19,195 bases of DNA from Thermodesulfobacteriota bacterium (GTDB lineage: Bacteria > Desulfobacterota_D > UBA1144). Shown piece by piece: positions 15,247 to 19,195 of the stretch (position 1 is its first letter; every line of letters starts with the position of its first letter). The notes below the pieces were generated by a model that ran no database searches, was not told where the DNA came from, and worked only from the letters and a program-made list of their open reading frames with translations. A program made the position numbers and the translations under genes. The stretch covers positions 1-19,195 of the forward strand of contig JAQWMJ010000046.1 of the NCBI GenBank assembly GCA_029246845.1. The letters are read 5' to 3'.

Positions 15247-16482
15247 TTAACTATTTAGATCGTAAGCTTTCTCTCCATGCTCTGATTGATCTAAGCCAAC
15301 TTCTTCATTATCAGATTCAACTCTTATTGGAACAACCATGTTAACTAAAACTACTATTAATGCAGTTGTAACCAAAGTATATATTCCAACTACCAGAACC
15401 CCTGAAAGTTGTTCATACCACCCTGCATGTCCAAAAAAGGCGATAGAGAGAGTACCCAATATTCCTCCAAAACCGTGAACTGCAAATACATCTAGTGAAT
15501 CATCAATATTAAGTTTATTTTTAACAACCGAACACATTTCCTGACAAACTATTCCCGCAAAAGACCCAAGCAATATGGCCTCAAACGGTGTTACTGAACC
15601 TGAAGCTGGAGTTATAGTTGCAAGTCCAGCGATTGTACCCGTTACAAGACCGACCAAAGAAGCCTTTCCATGTTTAAAATATTCGTATCCCGCCCAAGAA
15701 AGTGAAGCTGCTGAAGCAGAAAGATGCGTAACCAACAGTGTCATTCCAGCACTACCATTTGCAGCTAATTGTGAGCCAGCGTTAAATCCATACCAACCAA
15801 CCCACAACATACATGCACCCAGCATTACATATCCTGGATTATGAGGTGGTTTCTTAGTGTTTCTTCTTGTACCTAAGAAAAATGCGATGACTAAGGCTGC
15901 TATACCAGCAGTTTCATGAACAACTAGTCCACCAGCTAAGTCTACTGTTCCAAGCTCCATTAAAAATCCACCACCCCAAACCCAATGAGTTACGGGTGCG
16001 TAACACAACAACATCCATAGAGCTGAGAAGATCAATACAAAAGAAAACTTAATTCTTTCTACAAAAGCTCCAATAATCAAACATGGGGTAATAACAGCAA
16101 AGGTCATCTGAAAAGATAAAAAAACTGACTCTGGGATACTTCCTAAGACACTTTCAGAATTGACTCCACCTAAAAATAACTTTGAAAAACCACCCCAATA
16201 TTTATTCAAATCTAATCCATCACCAAAGGCTATAGAATAGCCTGCAACAATCCAAAGTATGGACATTAAAGATGCGACAGCTATGCAATGCATCAGAACA
16301 GATAGAACATTTCTTGAACGAACTAGCCCACCATAGAAAAGTGCAAGGCCTGGAAGTGTCATAAAAAGAACAAGTGCTGTTGAAGTTAGAATCCAAGAAG
16401 TGTCTCCTGAATCTAACCCTGTTGCAAAAGAGCTAAAGGGAAGAAATAAAAAAAGTAGTGCAAATTTAAAGAAAATACTCAT
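15247..16482 (-). CDS. amtB: Ammonium transporter (Amt copy 1)
   Basis: PGLALFYGG, FQMTFA, DLAGGLVVH, WVGWYGFNAGS, DDSLDVFAVHG, GLDQSEHGEKAY. ATG 16482 lies 6 nt after GGAG and is followed by a signal-peptide-like N-terminus. Confidence 0.96.
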   Translation of the reverse strand: MSIFFKFALLFLFLPFSSFATGLDSGDTSWILTSTALVLFMTLPGLALFYGGLVRSRNVLSVLMHCIAVASLMSILWIVAGYSIAFGDGLDLNKYWGGFSKLFLGGVNSESVLGSIPESVFLSFQMTFAVITPCLIIGAFVERIKFSFVLIFSALWMLLCYAPVTHWVWGGGFLMELGTVDLAGGLVVHETAGIAALVIAFFLGTRRNTKKPPHNPGYVMLGACMLWVGWYGFNAGSQLAANGSAGMTLLVTHLSASAASLSWAGYEYFKHGKASLVGLVTGTIAGLATITPASGSVTPFEAILLGSFAGIVCQEMCSVVKNKLNIDDSLDVFAVHGFGGILGTLSIAFFGHAGWYEQLSGVLVVGIYTLVTTALIVVLVNMVVPIRVESDNEEVGLDQSEHGEKAYDLNS

Positions 16483-16577
16483 AATAAACTCCAGTAGTAA
16501 AATTATAAGTAAAATCAACTCCTTAATATATTTAGAAAAATAAAAAGGTTCCTAGCTTTTACCTACAATTATGAGTG

Positions 16578-16592
16578 GCAATTGTTGTGCCA
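16578..16592 (-). promoter_or_regulatory. Sigma54 -24/-12 promoter for amt copy 1
   Basis: Minus strand TGGCAC-AACAA-TTGC, an exact match to TGGCAC-N5-TTGC. Confidence 0.88.
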
Positions 16593-16596
16593 AAAT

Positions 16597-16643
16597 ACAA
16601 AAACAAGACAAGCCCCATTAAAGCTAGGGAACTGGGGCTTATC
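16597..16643 (-). terminator. Intrinsic terminator of amt copy 2
   Basis: RNA stem GAUAAGCCCCA/UGGGGCUUGUC (11 bp, one G-U), 15-nt loop, followed by UUGUUUUUG. Confidence 0.7.
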
Positions 16644-16647
16644 AAGG

Positions 16648-16680
16648 GGGTAGCAAGGCTTATTATAAGAATTGCTACCC
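16648..16680 (-). other. Second hairpin in the amt copy 2 3' UTR
   Basis: GGGTAGCAA (16648-16656) and TTGCTACCC (16672-16680) form a perfect 9-bp stem with an inner CTTAT/ATAAG repeat. Confidence 0.65.
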
Positions 16681-16706
16681 AGGTTTTGCGTTTATGCGGT
16701 CTTTAA

Positions 16707-17993
16707 TTAAATTGTATATCCTTCTATTCCAACCTCTGTTTTATCTGAGCCTAAAAGCTCCTCTTCTTCACTAGGTCTAACTCCAATGGTCATCTTAAGT
16801 ACAGACCATATGATCGCAGAAACAATGAATACAAAGATCACTACAGAGAAAGCCCCTATAGTTTGAGTTACAAATGAAGTATCAGGATTGGTTATTGCGA
16901 CTGCTATAGTTCCCCATATTCCAGCAATCAAGTGAACTGGTAAGGCCCCTACAACATCATCAATTTGTAAACTTGAAATAAATTGTGTACCAAAGACTGC
17001 AATCATCCCGCCTATTCCCCCGATTAGCATAGAACTATAGGCTGTAGGCATTAATGGTTCCGCAGTAATTGATACAAGTCCGGCCAATGCACCATTTAAT
17101 GCAAAAGTAACATCAACTTTTCCGTATAATGTTTGTGATATGACCATGGCAACTATGAGACCTGAGCATGCTGCTATATTAGTATTAACGAATATATTTG
17201 AGACTGCTACTGCATCGTCCATAGTACCAATTGCAAGCTGAGATCCACCATTGAATCCGAACCAGCCTAACCACAATATAAAAGTACCAAGAGTAGCCAA
17301 AGGTATACTGGATGCTGGAATTGGAGTTGAAGTACCGTCCTTTCCAAACCTTCCAATTCTAGGTCCTATAATGATAGCACCAGCTAGCGCTGCAGCTCCA
17401 CCGGCTGCATGGACTAATGTAGATCCTGCAAAATCTGAGAATCCCATTGATGCCAGCCATCCGCCTCCCCATTGCCATCCCATCTCTATTGGATAAATAA
17501 TTCCAGCTAAAATTGCGGCAAATATGAAGAAAGGCCATATTTTTATTCTTTCGGCTATAGTTCCAGAAACTATTGAGACTGTTGTAGCACAAAAAACCAT
17601 TTGGAAGAACCAATCAGAGTGTGCTGAGTATCCAGTAGCCATATCTTCTGCGGCAACAAATGAAGTAAAGCTACCGATGTATCCACCATCTGGAATTCCA
17701 TAGGCTAGATTATATCCGACTATGTAAAACATTATTCCTGAAATTGAATATAGTCCAACATTTTTTAAACAAATTGTTGAAACATTTTTTGATCTAACCA
17801 TACCTGATTCTAGCATTGCAAAACCGGCAGCCATCCACATGACAAGAAAACCACAAATTAAAAACAACAATGTGTTAAAAACGAAAGCTGTCTCATCTGG
17901 AGAATTGGACGCTGATGCGCTGTTAACTGAGAGAACAGATAAGATAGACAAAAATATAAAAATGGAAAAATTTTTAGTTTTATTTTTAAACAT
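16707..17993 (-). CDS. amtB: Ammonium transporter (Amt copy 2, different subfamily)
   Basis: MAAGFAMLESG, FFQMVF, DFAGSTLVH, WLGWFGFNGGS, IDDVVGALPVH. AGGAGG RBS. Confidence 0.96.
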   Translation of the reverse strand: MFKNKTKNFSIFIFLSILSVLSVNSASASNSPDETAFVFNTLLFLICGFLVMWMAAGFAMLESGMVRSKNVSTICLKNVGLYSISGIMFYIVGYNLAYGIPDGGYIGSFTSFVAAEDMATGYSAHSDWFFQMVFCATTVSIVSGTIAERIKIWPFFIFAAILAGIIYPIEMGWQWGGGWLASMGFSDFAGSTLVHAAGGAAALAGAIIIGPRIGRFGKDGTSTPIPASSIPLATLGTFILWLGWFGFNGGSQLAIGTMDDAVAVSNIFVNTNIAACSGLIVAMVISQTLYGKVDVTFALNGALAGLVSITAEPLMPTAYSSMLIGGIGGMIAVFGTQFISSLQIDDVVGALPVHLIAGIWGTIAVAITNPDTSFVTQTIGAFSVVIFVFIVSAIIWSVLKMTIGVRPSEEEELLGSDKTEVGIEGYTI

Positions 17994-18031
17994 TTTTAAA
18001 ACCTCCTAATTTTAGTCTTGTAAAGTGAATG

Positions 18032-18046
18032 GCAATATGCGTGCCA
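18032..18046 (-). promoter_or_regulatory. Sigma54 -24/-12 promoter for amt copy 2
   Basis: Minus strand TGGCAC-GCATA-TTGC, an exact consensus match. Confidence 0.9.
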
Positions 18047-18095
18047 TTTTATAAATTCAACAAAAAAATTTGGCAATACTGTATTATTATATTCA

Positions 18096-19195
18096 ATGAA
18101 ATTAGGCCTTAAAGAAATCGATAGTCTTTATGAATTAATCAAATTTTCTTCAGATAAATTCCCCAATAGAATTGCATTATCTGAATATAAAAATAAAGTA
18201 TTAAACACAATTACATATATGGAACTTCTTTCGGCAATTGATAAAAAATCCAATGAAATGAAAAAGTTAGCACTAAGTGAGATGTCAAATATTGCTTTAT
18301 CCGGATCAAATTCAATAAATTGGGTGATAACTTTTTTTGCAATAATCAGTAATGGATATGTAGTAGTTCCAATAGACCCAAAAATGAACAGACGCGGAAT
18401 TGAGTTTATTCTACAATTTACAAATGCCCAGCTATTTATTGTTGATAACATTAAAAGCTTCAAAATTTCAGCTAACTTCAAATCTATAATGCATCCTATG
18501 GATAGTGTTGTAATTAAGATGCAAGACAAGAAAGATAAAAATCTTGAATCAATGATTCTTCTTAAGAATATAGATAAAACAAATCTAAAAATGAAGAATA
18601 ATCTTGCGGAGATTCTTTTCACATCTGGTACTACAGGTGAGCCTAAAGGTGTCATGTTGAGTCATCAAAATCTTTTATCTAACATAGATGATATTCATAA
18701 AATTCTTCCACTAAAGAATTATGAAAAGTCTTTTTCCATCCTACCTCTCCATCATGTTTATGAATTAACATGTAGCTTGCTACACAACATCAGCAAGGGA
18801 AATCATACTCATTTTTGTTCTAAAATTGATCTAACAACGATGATTAAAGAAATGAAAGAAATTAAACCTACCATATGGCCAGTCGTACCATTAATCCTAG
18901 AAAAGATATATAAGAATATTTATAAGCGAACTTCTCAGTCAACAATTCAAAAATTTTTATTATGGATCTCACCTAAACTCTTTGGTCTTATCTTAAAGAG
19001 GAAATTAGGTCTAAAGAATCTAAAGCTCCTACTAAGTGGTGGTGCGGCTCTTAACCCTAAAGTGGAGATACTTTTCAATCAAATAGGATTACCTGTTACT
19101 CAAGGGTATGGACTGTCAGAGGCTTCACCTCTTTTGTCGGTCAACCCACTTGGAGAAGAAAAAATTGGATCGGTTGGAAAAGTAATAAGCTCTTG
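18096..19195 (+). CDS. Long-chain fatty acyl-CoA synthetase / AMP-binding enzyme, 5' part (runs off the window; absent from the ORF track)
   Basis: Frame is open from ATG 18096 to the window end: MKLGLKEIDSLYELIK..., ILFTSGTTGEPKGVMLSHQNL, SILPLHHVYE, LSGGAAL, QGYGLSEASP, GSVGK. Confidence 0.93.
   Translation, partial: MKLGLKEIDSLYELIKFSSDKFPNRIALSEYKNKVLNTITYMELLSAIDKKSNEMKKLALSEMSNIALSGSNSINWVITFFAIISNGYVVVPIDPKMNRRGIEFILQFTNAQLFIVDNIKSFKISANFKSIMHPMDSVVIKMQDKKDKNLESMILLKNIDKTNLKMKNNLAEILFTSGTTGEPKGVMLSHQNLLSNIDDIHKILPLKNYEKSFSILPLHHVYELTCSLLHNISKGNHTHFCSKIDLTTMIKEMKEIKPTIWPVVPLILEKIYKNIYKRTSQSTIQKFLLWISPKLFGLILKRKLGLKNLKLLLSGGAALNPKVEILFNQIGLPVTQGYGLSEASPLLSVNPLGEEKIGSVGKVISS

Noticed and set aside
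18070..18085. Plus-strand TTGGCA as a sigma54 -24 element for the acyl-CoA synthetase
   Set aside because: There is no GC at the -12 position.
18128..18655. 175-aa minus-strand ORF in the track
   Set aside because: Antisense shadow of the plus-strand acyl-CoA synthetase, which carries the full AMP-binding motifs.

Overview
AT-rich, gene-dense bacterial chromosomal segment, mostly housekeeping. Gene content and density suggest a streamlined marine bacterium with sigma54; I cannot assign the taxon. Left to right: two accessory genes just past the guaA 3' end (a stand-alone PD-(D/E)XK/DUF3883-like nuclease and a secreted MORN-repeat protein); a minus-strand operon of an unknown histone-H1-like-tail protein, guaB and guaA; moeB/moeZ; a minus-strand Nudix, tRNA-Leu(CAA), DUF805 unit; tRNA-Ser(GGA), SRP RNA, dnaX, ybaB, recR; etfB-etfA; radA-murI; an unannotated 59-aa zinc-ribbon ORF coupled to a 4-OT-family tautomerase; two divergent ammonium transporters, each with its own sigma54 promoter; and the 5' part of a long-chain acyl-CoA synthetase. 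Main observations: (1) the accessory genes are delimited by repeated copies of the guaA 3' terminus and flanked by shared 11-20 bp modules arranged like integrase arm sites, suggesting an integrase-less single-gene cassette array at guaA; (2) guaB has no ATG/GTG/TTG upstream of its conserved N-terminus and appears to start at ATA; (3) dnaX carries both an in-frame A_AAA_AAG heptamer and an A10 run in its linker; (4) a missed small zinc-ribbon gene; (5) a structured amt-amt spacer. Motif-level regulatory calls are weakened by the AT-rich background, and no database searches could be run.
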